Source of the DNA: a virus
Taxonomy: Duplodnaviria > Caudoviricetes
Length of the DNA stretch: 64,000 bases
Direction: 5' to 3' (one strand)
Virus record (IMG/VR): IMGVR_UViG_3300006125_000005
Span: 15,910 to 79,909 of that record
In this document: positions 48,283 through 56,668 of the stretch, piece by piece
Layout of the letters: each line of letters starts with the position of its first letter
Position numbering within the stretch: the first letter of the stretch is position 1
Translations under genes and position numbers: made by a program
The notes under the pieces: model-generated
Told to the model about the DNA's origin: nothing
What the model saw: only the letters and a program-made list of their open reading frames with translations
Database searches by the model: none

Positions 48283-49046
48283 TTGAATCCGTAGAGGAAG
48301 AAAGTAAGCTTTTTGAGCTTGACCAATTAACTGGAGGAGTTAATAGGTCTGAGTTCTTATATGGAGCTGATTGGAGGAAAAAAGTTTTGAATAAGTCAGA
48401 CGTACCTAATCAAGATGTTATGTATGTGAATTGCCCTAGGCATGCTCACTTCTTAATGACCCCGATTAAGATCTTTAAGTCTAATTATGGATATGGAATT
48501 ACGTTCCAATGTCACCATGCAGATGAGCACGGTAGAATGTGTTTGATCATTGCTCAAATTAACGAAGTTTTGAGTGGCAGTAAGGCATTCCTACGCCCAG
48601 GAGATATCCTTAAGCATGAACCTTGGGAAAGAGCTTTAGAAAAGGTCCAAAAGCTCAACATGGACGTAGCTATTAAGAACCCAGAAGATACCATCGAAAA
48701 GGAAATTGTACTTACGGAGGCTCCACCGAATCCTTACGTTAAGCCAAATACTTTGTCGTTCATCATTTGGGATGTATTTTGGCGGAATATGGTTGCTGAA
48801 GGTTTTTGCTCCTATAAGATGCTAGAAGACGAAGTTACCCGTAGGAAGGGTGATGATAAGACAATGAGGAAACTACGTGATTGGACCCTTGGTTCTCAAC
48901 CAATTACCGATTGGATGACAGCTAAGACTGGTTTCGTATTTAAGTTGTTTGGTGATAGCTGGAAAATTGTTGGAAGAACCGAAGGTGTAAGTCCTCAAAT
49001 GCCTTGGAGTGATCCCAGCTATAGAAGTAAATTTGGTTTTGAGTAG
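48264..49046 (+). CDS. Hypothetical protein
   Basis: 260 aa ORF in operon; Cys/His cluster. Confidence 0.55.
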   Translation: MEDRALVESVEEESKLFELDQLTGGVNRSEFLYGADWRKKVLNKSDVPNQDVMYVNCPRHAHFLMTPIKIFKSNYGYGITFQCHHADEHGRMCLIIAQINEVLSGSKAFLRPGDILKHEPWERALEKVQKLNMDVAIKNPEDTIEKEIVLTEAPPNPYVKPNTLSFIIWDVFWRNMVAEGFCSYKMLEDEVTRRKGDDKTMRKLRDWTLGSQPITDWMTAKTGFVFKLFGDSWKIVGRTEGVSPQMPWSDPSYRSKFGFE

Positions 49047-49053
49047 TACTAAG

Positions 49054-49082
49054 TTGATGTAACTAATACTCGGTACTATACT
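49054..49082 (+). promoter_or_regulatory. SigA-type promoter for the panD operon and its leader RNA
   Basis: TTGATG-N17-TATACT. Confidence 0.65.
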
Positions 49083-49090
49083 CTAAGTAT

Positions 49091-49206
49091 TGGTAGATAG
49101 AAGTTGCAAAGTTTTTTCCTCCATTTCCTTTGCACCTGTCTTACTACCATAGATCCTCTGGGCTTGTTTAAGTTCCTTCCTTCAGCTTAGGTTGGCCCAG
49201 AGGATC
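49091..49206 (+). ncRNA. Two-hairpin RNA with pyrimidine-rich (anti-SD-like) loops
   Basis: Hairpin 1: tggtag/ctacca and tgcaaag/ctttgca, loop ttttttcctccatttc. Hairpin 2: perfect 12-bp gatcctctgggc/gcccagaggatc, loop ttccttccttcag. Confidence 0.55.
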
Positions 49207-49237
49207 GCCCTATCTCGCAAATGGAATAAGGAGAAAA

Positions 49238-49603
49238 ATGAAGCAATTTGTAGGAGCTAAGCTCCATGGAATTAGAGTAACTCATAAGTCACTCGACTAC
49301 CATGGTTCAGTAACAATTCCAGAAAGTGTCTGTATGGAGCTTGGAATTGATGAGTATGAGTGGATTTATTGTGTAAATGCATCTAATGGACTTAGGTGGG
49401 AAACTTACGTACTTTATGGCCCAGATGGTGAAATGCACCTTAATGGTGGTGGAGCCCGTCTTGGTGAAATTGGAGATAAGTGTATCCTTTTTACAAAGGT
49501 TATGTACCATTACTTCCAGGGTGCTTGGGTTGCAGAATTCAATGAGTCTAACGAAGTAACTAAATTCTTTAAGTACACGACAGAGGAAATTGTCAGTGAG
49601 TAA
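49238..49603 (+). CDS. panD: Aspartate 1-decarboxylase (pyruvoyl enzyme; makes beta-alanine)
   Basis: AKLHGIRVT...LDYHG|SVTI autocleavage site; NGLRWETYV; LNGGGARL...GDKCI. Confidence 0.88.
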   Translation: MKQFVGAKLHGIRVTHKSLDYHGSVTIPESVCMELGIDEYEWIYCVNASNGLRWETYVLYGPDGEMHLNGGGARLGEIGDKCILFTKVMYHYFQGAWVAEFNESNEVTKFFKYTTEEIVSE

Positions 49604-50459
49604 GTTTACCTATGGTGCTGAGCTAGAGTGGTCAGATGTTGACCGTAGAACCCCTCTTCCAGAAGAATTAGCCGTTTGGGATAACGAAGACCAATCCATT
49701 GTTAACTCAGATGGAATGCCTAATGACCCTAAGATGAAGAAAAACGTCTACGGTGGAGAGATTAATACTAACCCTACTGATTCGATTGACCAGCAAATTG
49801 AGAATATCGGTAAGCTGAAAGAGCTACTTAACCCAGTTAGTCTTTATCGAGCTAATTTGCATGTACATATTGGAGTAGAAGGTCTTAAGGAAGATATCGT
49901 TTCCTTACAAAAGCTTCTTCAGTACGTAATTGATAATGAGCATTACGTTTACAATGAAATGCTCTTTAGGCCTACTCCTACCCAAGAAGAGTTTCCTGAC
50001 CCAGTAGATCTTAAGTTGGCTAAAGAGTTCCACCGTCAACAAAACTATTGGGCCAAGCGTCCTCTTACTCCTAATAGAGTCATTGAGACCCAAAAGGCAA
50101 CTACTCCCCAAGAGTTTTATGAAGGTCAGTTTGCTTGGAACTCTAAGACCAATACTAGAATTTGGCACCTTGGGTCTCCTAGAGCTGGTATCAATCTTCG
50201 TTCTATCTTTAAGAACGGTTCTATTGAGTTCCGTGTATTTCCGGGTACAGTTGACCTTGATGAGATTAAATCTTGTTTTGAGTTTGCTCATGACTTTACT
50301 TGGGCAGCTTTGAACGATCATAGCATTACTGCAAAGTATATGCATGAGACTAACAACTGGAACTTTCCAAAATGGCAACCATTCCTTCCTGAACTTGAGA
50401 AAGTTTGGCAAGCTAATACGGTTAAGATTCACCCAATGACCGGGGAGAGAATGAGTTGA
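49590..50459 (+). CDS. Amidoligase (COOH-NH2 ligase, GS/GCS fold) 1
   Basis: TYGAELE, GGEINTNP, LHVHIG, GINL, IEFRVFPGT. Confidence 0.75.
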   Translation: MSVSKFTYGAELEWSDVDRRTPLPEELAVWDNEDQSIVNSDGMPNDPKMKKNVYGGEINTNPTDSIDQQIENIGKLKELLNPVSLYRANLHVHIGVEGLKEDIVSLQKLLQYVIDNEHYVYNEMLFRPTPTQEEFPDPVDLKLAKEFHRQQNYWAKRPLTPNRVIETQKATTPQEFYEGQFAWNSKTNTRIWHLGSPRAGINLRSIFKNGSIEFRVFPGTVDLDEIKSCFEFAHDFTWAALNDHSITAKYMHETNNWNFPKWQPFLPELEKVWQANTVKIHPMTGERMS

Positions 50460-51292
50460 ATTTTACGTATGGGGCAGAGCTAGAATGGGCTGATGTAGAT
50501 GCCCGTCTCTTTATTAACCCAACTATTGGGTCTTGGAGTAAGAAGGAATGGACTATCGTTAATAGTGATGGCAAGGCTAATGACCCTGAGTTAATTAGAA
50601 ACCATTTTGGTGGAGAGATTAATACAGTACCTACTAACTCCTTAGCAGAACAGCTTTTAAACATTGAAGGTCTAATTGAGTTTCTAAGCCCCAAAGCTCT
50701 TTATAGGGGTAATATCCAATATCATATTGGCTATGAAGGTGCTAAAGAGAACATTGACCTAATGAAGAAAATCTTTAAGTATACAGAGGAAAACCAAGAC
50801 TTTGTATACTTTGATATGCTTCCTAGAGACCCAGCTGAACCTAAGGACTATCCCAACCCAGAAGACCTTAAGCTTGCAAAGAAGTTTGATAGACAAAGGA
50901 ATCTCTGGAATAAGCGTGGGGTTCCATCTGATAGAGCTGAAAAGATTCTAAAGGCTTCTACAGCTAAAGAGTTCTACGATGAGCATTACTTCTTTAATGA
51001 AAAGACTCAAAGGAGACTCTACCACCTTGGTACATTTAGAGCCGGTATTAACGTAAGAGCTCTTTACACCAATGGTACAGTTGAGTTTAGGTGCTTTCCA
51101 GGTTCTACTGATATAGATGAGATTAGACACTGTTTTGTCTTTTGTGAAGAGTTCATTAAGGCTGCTATCTATACTCCAGAAAGAACTGCAAAAGATATCT
51201 ACGAAAGTAGAGAATGGAAGTTTCCTAAGTGGCAAAAGTTTGACCCCGAATTAGAAAAGGGATTCAATGCAACTAAGCACCGCCCGGAGTAA
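50456..51292 (+). CDS. Amidoligase 2 (close paralog of amidoligase 1)
   Basis: TYGAELE, GGEINTVP, QYHIG, GINV, VEFRCFPGS. Confidence 0.75.
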   Translation: MNFTYGAELEWADVDARLFINPTIGSWSKKEWTIVNSDGKANDPELIRNHFGGEINTVPTNSLAEQLLNIEGLIEFLSPKALYRGNIQYHIGYEGAKENIDLMKKIFKYTEENQDFVYFDMLPRDPAEPKDYPNPEDLKLAKKFDRQRNLWNKRGVPSDRAEKILKASTAKEFYDEHYFFNEKTQRRLYHLGTFRAGINVRALYTNGTVEFRCFPGSTDIDEIRHCFVFCEEFIKAAIYTPERTAKDIYESREWKFPKWQKFDPELEKGFNATKHRPE

Positions 51293-51295
51293 AGT

Positions 51296-52165
51296 ATGAC
51301 TACTTATGGATTAGAGATTGAAACTGGAGATGTTAATTTACTCCAAGCTGCTAGAGTAGTATTTGAGAAGCAGAGTATTCCTTTTGAAGACTGGAAGGAT
51401 AGAGGAGTAAGTTTACGGGATAAGGTCCGTAGATATAACATCTGGAACATTTCTTCAGATAAAACTATTAGCAACCATAATGGGACTAGATGTCGTAGAG
51501 TAGTAATGCTTCCAGATGGTTCTATTGTTGGTGGAAAGCAAAGCAATAGGCCATATTGGCAGGGTGCAGAATTAGTTTCACCCGTACTAAAGTCAGAAAA
51601 TATGGATAATGACTTTGTATTGCTTGAAGAGTACCTTACTCTAATGGAAAACTATGGTGCCACCATTGATCCAGACCTTTTCCATGACCTCCATGTTCAT
51701 GTAGATTTTGGAGAGCAAAGTGAAAAAAATTGGAAGAGACTTCTAGAGTTTACTGCATGGGTAGAAGAAGCCCAATACCCTTTAATCAGTATCCATGAAG
51801 CAGCTACATCTGAGCATAGTCCAAAAGTATACAAGTACAGTCAAACATTTGTAGCTGATCTACTTAAGACTAAGGACTATGAGGAATATAGCTATGAATA
51901 CCGTAGACACCATCCTCTTGCAAATGGAGGTAGACAAAGTTTTGAACTCTACCAATATCGACGTCTAGTCTGCCCAGGTGCTGTTATGGATCCGACTAAG
52001 AACTATAATACACTTGAGTGGAGAGTCTGGCCAGGAATCAGAAATGTAAACTTGATTAAACGTATTTCTCAATTTAGTATTAATAGTACACAGGAATTAC
52101 CCAGTTTAGAGTATGTAAAAGAATGGTCTAAAGAGACCATCGAGTTAATGAGGAAAAGAAAGTGA
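51296..52165 (+). CDS. Amidoligase 3 (Amidoligase_2-like)
   Basis: TYGLEIE, D.TI, GAELVSPVL, LHVHVD, TLEWR. Confidence 0.75.
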   Translation: MTTYGLEIETGDVNLLQAARVVFEKQSIPFEDWKDRGVSLRDKVRRYNIWNISSDKTISNHNGTRCRRVVMLPDGSIVGGKQSNRPYWQGAELVSPVLKSENMDNDFVLLEEYLTLMENYGATIDPDLFHDLHVHVDFGEQSEKNWKRLLEFTAWVEEAQYPLISIHEAATSEHSPKVYKYSQTFVADLLKTKDYEEYSYEYRRHHPLANGGRQSFELYQYRRLVCPGAVMDPTKNYNTLEWRVWPGIRNVNLIKRISQFSINSTQELPSLEYVKEWSKETIELMRKRK

Positions 52166-52887
52166 CCTACCAATTGCCCGGACAGCCAGTAAAAGCTACA
52201 CATAAGTTTGAATCTTTAGAAGAAGAGCTCTTTGGACGCCCAAAGCGTGTACGTCGTGGTAAGATTGATATTAACACCATGACGGATGAAGAGCGTGTTG
52301 AGTATTGGAATAATGTTTCCGAAGCTCATATGTTTGGCCTTTACAAGACCCCAACAGTTAAGTTTGTTAGAGAAAAGGCTCAGCAAGTTACTAACCGTTT
52401 CTACAACGAGCTTGGTAAGCTTTCTGTCCATGAAGTTGGATGTGCTTACTCAATGACCCTCCGTTGGGTTCACCCAGAGGCTACCTTCCTTGGTACGGAC
52501 CCAGCTGAGAATATGATTAAGGCTTGCCGTATTATGTACGAAGACCGTCCCAATACTACTTTTGAGGTAGATAGTATTGAGTCAGGCCATGTCAAGTACC
52601 GTCATGATTTGGTTACAGCTTTCTGTATGATGGATTCACTCTCCCATGAGTACTCCATGAAGCTTATTCCCATGGCTGCAGATATGTGTGAAAGAGCATT
52701 CCTCTTTACTAGTCTTCGCCACGAAAAGAACAATTCCCTTGTTAAGCCCAATTGGAGCATGTACCGTAATTTCAACAGCCATGACCCAGAAGAGATTGTA
52801 GAGTTGGCTGATAAGAATGGTTTTGATTGTGAGCTTGATGTTAGAGACAAGCTTTCCAACTTTGCTGCCCTTTGGATTCGTAGGTAG
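52162..52887 (+). CDS. Class I SAM-dependent methyltransferase
   Basis: VHEVGCA (motif I), FLGTDPAENMI, HDLVTA. Confidence 0.75.
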   Translation: MTYQLPGQPVKATHKFESLEEELFGRPKRVRRGKIDINTMTDEERVEYWNNVSEAHMFGLYKTPTVKFVREKAQQVTNRFYNELGKLSVHEVGCAYSMTLRWVHPEATFLGTDPAENMIKACRIMYEDRPNTTFEVDSIESGHVKYRHDLVTAFCMMDSLSHEYSMKLIPMAADMCERAFLFTSLRHEKNNSLVKPNWSMYRNFNSHDPEEIVELADKNGFDCELDVRDKLSNFAALWIRR

Positions 52888-52889
52888 TC

Positions 52890-53672
52890 TTGAGGACAGT
52901 TGGCTTTGAAGTAGAGATGAGTGATATCCCTACCTCAAAAGCTGCTCAGCTTGTTTATGGGGATTTGAAGTATTGGCCAAAGCAACATTTTGGTGAAGGC
53001 GGATACTTTAAGCCTAAGGTAAAGTACAGCAGATGGAATCTTATCGGAGATACGACAATAGTCAACTCCGATGGGACCATCTGTGTACAACCTAAACATA
53101 GGAGTGAATGGAAGGGTGCAGAGTTAATTTCCCCTATACTGAGTACACCAGTAGAAGAATCTACTTGGGTGCAATTGCAAACTTACTTGGATGGATTTGT
53201 AGAGAATGGAGCTACCTTTAGTTCCAAGCTCTACAACTCTTTGCATGTACATGTTGGTATTTTAGATTTAGATTTTGAACAGTTTAAGTGTTTACCTAAT
53301 CACATTGTTGCTGTACAAGATGACCTAAATACTTTGAGAACAGATTGGACGGGGAGTAAGAAGTACTTCCCAAATCAACTACAAAGATTGCAAAATGCTG
53401 AAGACCCCAAGTCATGGTTGAAGGAATACTGTACTCCTGGCAAGATAACATATAGAGACTATGAGTATCCAGTTAGGAAGCTTGTTAATCTTGTTAACTA
53501 TTTCAACAATAAGGGCACAATAGAGTTCAGGTGCTTTAAGGCTAAACCTAATGCAGAGTATATCAAGTACTGTGTAGAGTTTTGCTTGTGGTTAGTAGAT
53601 AGCTGGGTAAATGGTACGGACTACACTATTGAGTTCAAAGATAGGGTTAAAGAAATTGATAATTGGAATTGA
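52890..53672 (+). CDS. Amidoligase 4 (paralog of amidoligase 3)
   Basis: TVGFEVE, GAELISPIL, LHVHVG, VNL, GTIEFRCF. Confidence 0.75.
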   Translation: MRTVGFEVEMSDIPTSKAAQLVYGDLKYWPKQHFGEGGYFKPKVKYSRWNLIGDTTIVNSDGTICVQPKHRSEWKGAELISPILSTPVEESTWVQLQTYLDGFVENGATFSSKLYNSLHVHVGILDLDFEQFKCLPNHIVAVQDDLNTLRTDWTGSKKYFPNQLQRLQNAEDPKSWLKEYCTPGKITYRDYEYPVRKLVNLVNYFNNKGTIEFRCFKAKPNAEYIKYCVEFCLWLVDSWVNGTDYTIEFKDRVKEIDNWN

Positions 53673-53795
53673 GTCCTATAAAATAGGGTATAATTCCCCC
53701 ATACCCCTATAGAGTCATTAAGAGACCCAAAGGAAAAATGGTCTCTACTAAAGGTAATTTGGGTTTATTAGTTATAAATAAGTTAGGAGATAGTA

Positions 53796-54656
53796 GTGGA
53801 TTTGTATTTAGGAGCTCCCAAGGCTTTACTTAGGCCTATGGGTTTGGGTTATGCTTTGGCTCATGAGATGGATAGTGAGGTTACTATCCAGAAGTATAAG
53901 GCTACAAATAAACTTATCTTAGATAATGGTGCTGATGAATTAGGTGAAGGTCTAGGTGGAGAAAAGCTAGCTTACCTTACTGGTAAGTTAGATCCTTACT
54001 TTCTAATCCTTCCGGATGTTTTGCATAAGCCTAAGAAAACTAGACTAAGGAGTTTAGAATTCTTAAGTAAAATGAAAGATGCTGGTTATAAAGGCCAGTT
54101 TATGGCTGTCATCCAGGATAAGGATAAGAAAAAAGCAGCCAATTCTATTTTAGAGTGGTCTTGTAGTGCTGGAGTAAATAGACTTGGTATTACGTATGAT
54201 ACTAAGATTGTTACTAATGACCCTAGCCCTGAATCTTGGATGAGAAGACTTGACTTCCTTGAATGGTTTATTAGTGAGTATAAGCAAGAGCTTAATAACG
54301 TAGATTTCCATTTGCTTGGAACTTTAGAGGTTAATGAGCTTTACCGTTTGTTCCATTTGGATAGGTATGCTGAAGTAAGGAAGTATGTAGCTAGTCATGA
54401 TACTACTGCTCCTTATGCTTGCCCTACTAGATTTGTAGTAGATCAAAGTGGAACTATTTCTTTTGGTAGAGAAAAGAATTGGAAATCCCTTAACTTTGGT
54501 AAGCAAAGTTTTAGTGGTGGTGAATTAGATACTATTGCTTGGAATACTGCTTGTTATTTAGCTGCCTGTAAGGTTCCTAAGCAAAAGTGGACTTGGTATA
54601 TGGATAAGGTTATGGCAGATATGATGTATGCTCAGTTTGAGAACTATTGTGTCTAA
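53796..54656 (+). CDS. TGT-like TIM barrel; candidate DNA 7-deazaguanine transglycosylase (DpdA-like)
   Basis: LILDNGADE, ILPDVL, MAVIQ, FHLLG, ASHDTT in the order of TGT/DpdA motifs; clustered with queD, queE and folE. Confidence 0.6.
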   Translation: MDLYLGAPKALLRPMGLGYALAHEMDSEVTIQKYKATNKLILDNGADELGEGLGGEKLAYLTGKLDPYFLILPDVLHKPKKTRLRSLEFLSKMKDAGYKGQFMAVIQDKDKKKAANSILEWSCSAGVNRLGITYDTKIVTNDPSPESWMRRLDFLEWFISEYKQELNNVDFHLLGTLEVNELYRLFHLDRYAEVRKYVASHDTTAPYACPTRFVVDQSGTISFGREKNWKSLNFGKQSFSGGELDTIAWNTACYLAACKVPKQKWTWYMDKVMADMMYAQFENYCV

Positions 54657-55587
54657 TACCTTACTCATTGTTGATGGCCATAATATTTGCATTAGAGCCT
54701 ATTTTGGCTTAGTTAGACAACAGCTGAGAACAAAAGATGGTGTAGGAACTTGGGGATTGTATGGGTCTATCAATACTTTAACTTCCCAAGTAAAGAAGTA
54801 TAACCCTACCCATATTGCTGTTACTATGGATTGGGGCAAAAGTAGTAAGAGAACAGCCCTCTACCCAGAGTACAAAGCTAATAGAACAAGTAATGGGCAA
54901 GATGAAAATTACCAAGAGTCCAGAGAACAAGTTAGGCTCTTTAGAGAATTTTGTAAGCTTTCTAATATCCCAGTTATTAGATTTGAAAATGTAGAAGCTG
55001 ATGATATTATGGCTAAGTTGGTTAAAACTTACCATAGTGATTTTGATAAGATTGTTATCTTAACAGCTGACCATGATATTAGACAGCTCATTGATGAAAA
55101 GGTTATAGTAGTAAAACCTTCCCTGGGCCAGTCCAGAGATATTGAGGAACAGACTTTTGACTTACAAAGCATTGTTGATAATTATGGTATTAAACCTAAT
55201 CGCTTACCTGAAATTTGGGCGTTAACTGGAGATAGAGGGGATAACGTCCCAGGAGTCCCTAGTATTGGCGAAAAGACAGCTATGAAGTTACTAACAGAGT
55301 TTGGTAGTCTTAGTAACTTGCTTATGAGTGACCATAAGAAAATTAACGAACATAAAGAAATAGCTAGGTTATCCTATAAGCTGGTGCAGCTGGATGGGTT
55401 AGATGATCTTGATATTCCCAGTTTAGATAGGTTAGAATTTAAACCTGTAAGGATTGGTAAAGTAGGGTCTGGGTCCTTTTTAGACTTTATAGAGAAGTAT
55501 GAATTAAATAGCATTAAGAGTAGATGGTTAGTAGATGAGCTATGGGATGAGGAAAGACCCATTGGAAGGAGACTATCTGATGGATAG
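54628..55587 (+). CDS. 5'-3' exonuclease / flap endonuclease (Pol I N-terminal-like)
   Basis: IVDGHN...RAYF, YPEYKANR, EADD, ADHD, GDRGDNVPGVPSIGEKTA; true start probably GTG 54649. Confidence 0.9.
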   Translation: MLSLRTIVSNTLLIVDGHNICIRAYFGLVRQQLRTKDGVGTWGLYGSINTLTSQVKKYNPTHIAVTMDWGKSSKRTALYPEYKANRTSNGQDENYQESREQVRLFREFCKLSNIPVIRFENVEADDIMAKLVKTYHSDFDKIVILTADHDIRQLIDEKVIVVKPSLGQSRDIEEQTFDLQSIVDNYGIKPNRLPEIWALTGDRGDNVPGVPSIGEKTAMKLLTEFGSLSNLLMSDHKKINEHKEIARLSYKLVQLDGLDDLDIPSLDRLEFKPVRIGKVGSGSFLDFIEKYELNSIKSRWLVDELWDEERPIGRRLSDG

Positions 55588-56668
55588 CAAGTTAGTAGAT
55601 ACAATTCTTAAGGATACTAAGGATTTTATTTCTAAGGGTAGTAAAGAATTAAAGTTTAATGATATTGCTTTAAGCTTGTATGCTTTACATTCTGAGTTGA
55701 ATCCAGTCTATAAGAAGTATAGTGTTGGTCCAGTAGATGACTGGAGACAGATTCCTCTTATGCCTATTAGTGAGTTTAAGAATAATGAAGTTAAACTTAC
55801 TATGAGTGATAGGATGCCCTTTCCTGGAGTAATGTTTGAGTCTTCTGGTACTACCCAGAGAGATAAGTCTAAGCATTTCCTTTATGATACTGAGTTCTAT
55901 AGAGCTTCTATGTACGAAGGGTTTAAGGATTGGATTGTTCCTAGTACTGATAAGAGTAATTTGCATTCCTATAGGGTTGTACTTTTGTCTAAAACTCTTC
56001 CCCATAGCTCGTTGTATTATATGATGAGTTATTTGAGTGAAATTTATGATTACCGTGGTATCAGAGAGCAATGGGAATTGTTAACTGATGTAGAGGTAGT
56101 TAATGAGCTTTTGGGTTGGTTAACTGATGAAAAGGAACACCCGGTAATCCTTTTTGGAACTAGCTTAGCTTTCTATGATCTTATGGATACTGTTAAGAAG
56201 GGCAACCTTGAGTTTGAAGGATTGACTAAGGGTTCCAAGATGATTGAAACTGGTGGGTGGAAGGGTAGAGATATCCAGATTTCCCCTATAGACTTAACTA
56301 AAGAGATCCAAGAGTTCTTTGGGTTAGATGAGTTTAATTGCCTTAGAGAGTATGCAATGTCTGAGATGTCCTCCCAGACTTGGCATAGTGGGTCAGAAGA
56401 TGAAGTAATGTATAGTTACCCTAGACACCTTGGGGTAAGGATTGTAGACCCTTTGAGCCAAAAAGATGTTGAGCCTGGTGAAAGTGGTATGATTGGGTTT
56501 ATTGACTTAGCTAATGTTTGGAGCTGTCCCTTTATCCTAACTGAAGATATGGGTCACCTTAAGACTTTTACCGGGGCTGACTGGTCCTTAGTACTTGAAG
56601 GAAGAGCAGTTAACGCCCCTGAGAAAGGTTGTAGTTTAACTTATGTCGAAGAAGCAATGGATAGTTAA
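55580..56668 (+). CDS. LuxE-like acyl-protein synthetase (adenylate-forming)
   Basis: IPLMPISEFK, FESSGTT, IETGGWKGR, EYAMSEMSSQ, DLANVWSCPFILTEDMG, LEGRA.NAPEKGCS. Confidence 0.85.
   Translation: MDSKLVDTILKDTKDFISKGSKELKFNDIALSLYALHSELNPVYKKYSVGPVDDWRQIPLMPISEFKNNEVKLTMSDRMPFPGVMFESSGTTQRDKSKHFLYDTEFYRASMYEGFKDWIVPSTDKSNLHSYRVVLLSKTLPHSSLYYMMSYLSEIYDYRGIREQWELLTDVEVVNELLGWLTDEKEHPVILFGTSLAFYDLMDTVKKGNLEFEGLTKGSKMIETGGWKGRDIQISPIDLTKEIQEFFGLDEFNCLREYAMSEMSSQTWHSGSEDEVMYSYPRHLGVRIVDPLSQKDVEPGESGMIGFIDLANVWSCPFILTEDMGHLKTFTGADWSLVLEGRAVNAPEKGCSLTYVEEAMDS

Noticed and set aside
49238-49603. Pantothenate/CoA auxiliary metabolic pathway
   Set aside because: No panB, panC or panE in the window, and panD is coupled to amidoligases; not fully excluded because host enzymes could use the beta-alanine
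53673-53795. Regulatory RNA or promoter before the dpdA-like gene
   Set aside because: Only short hairpins (agagacc/ggtctct) and a TATAAT with a 14-nt spacer from TTGAGT; too weak to call
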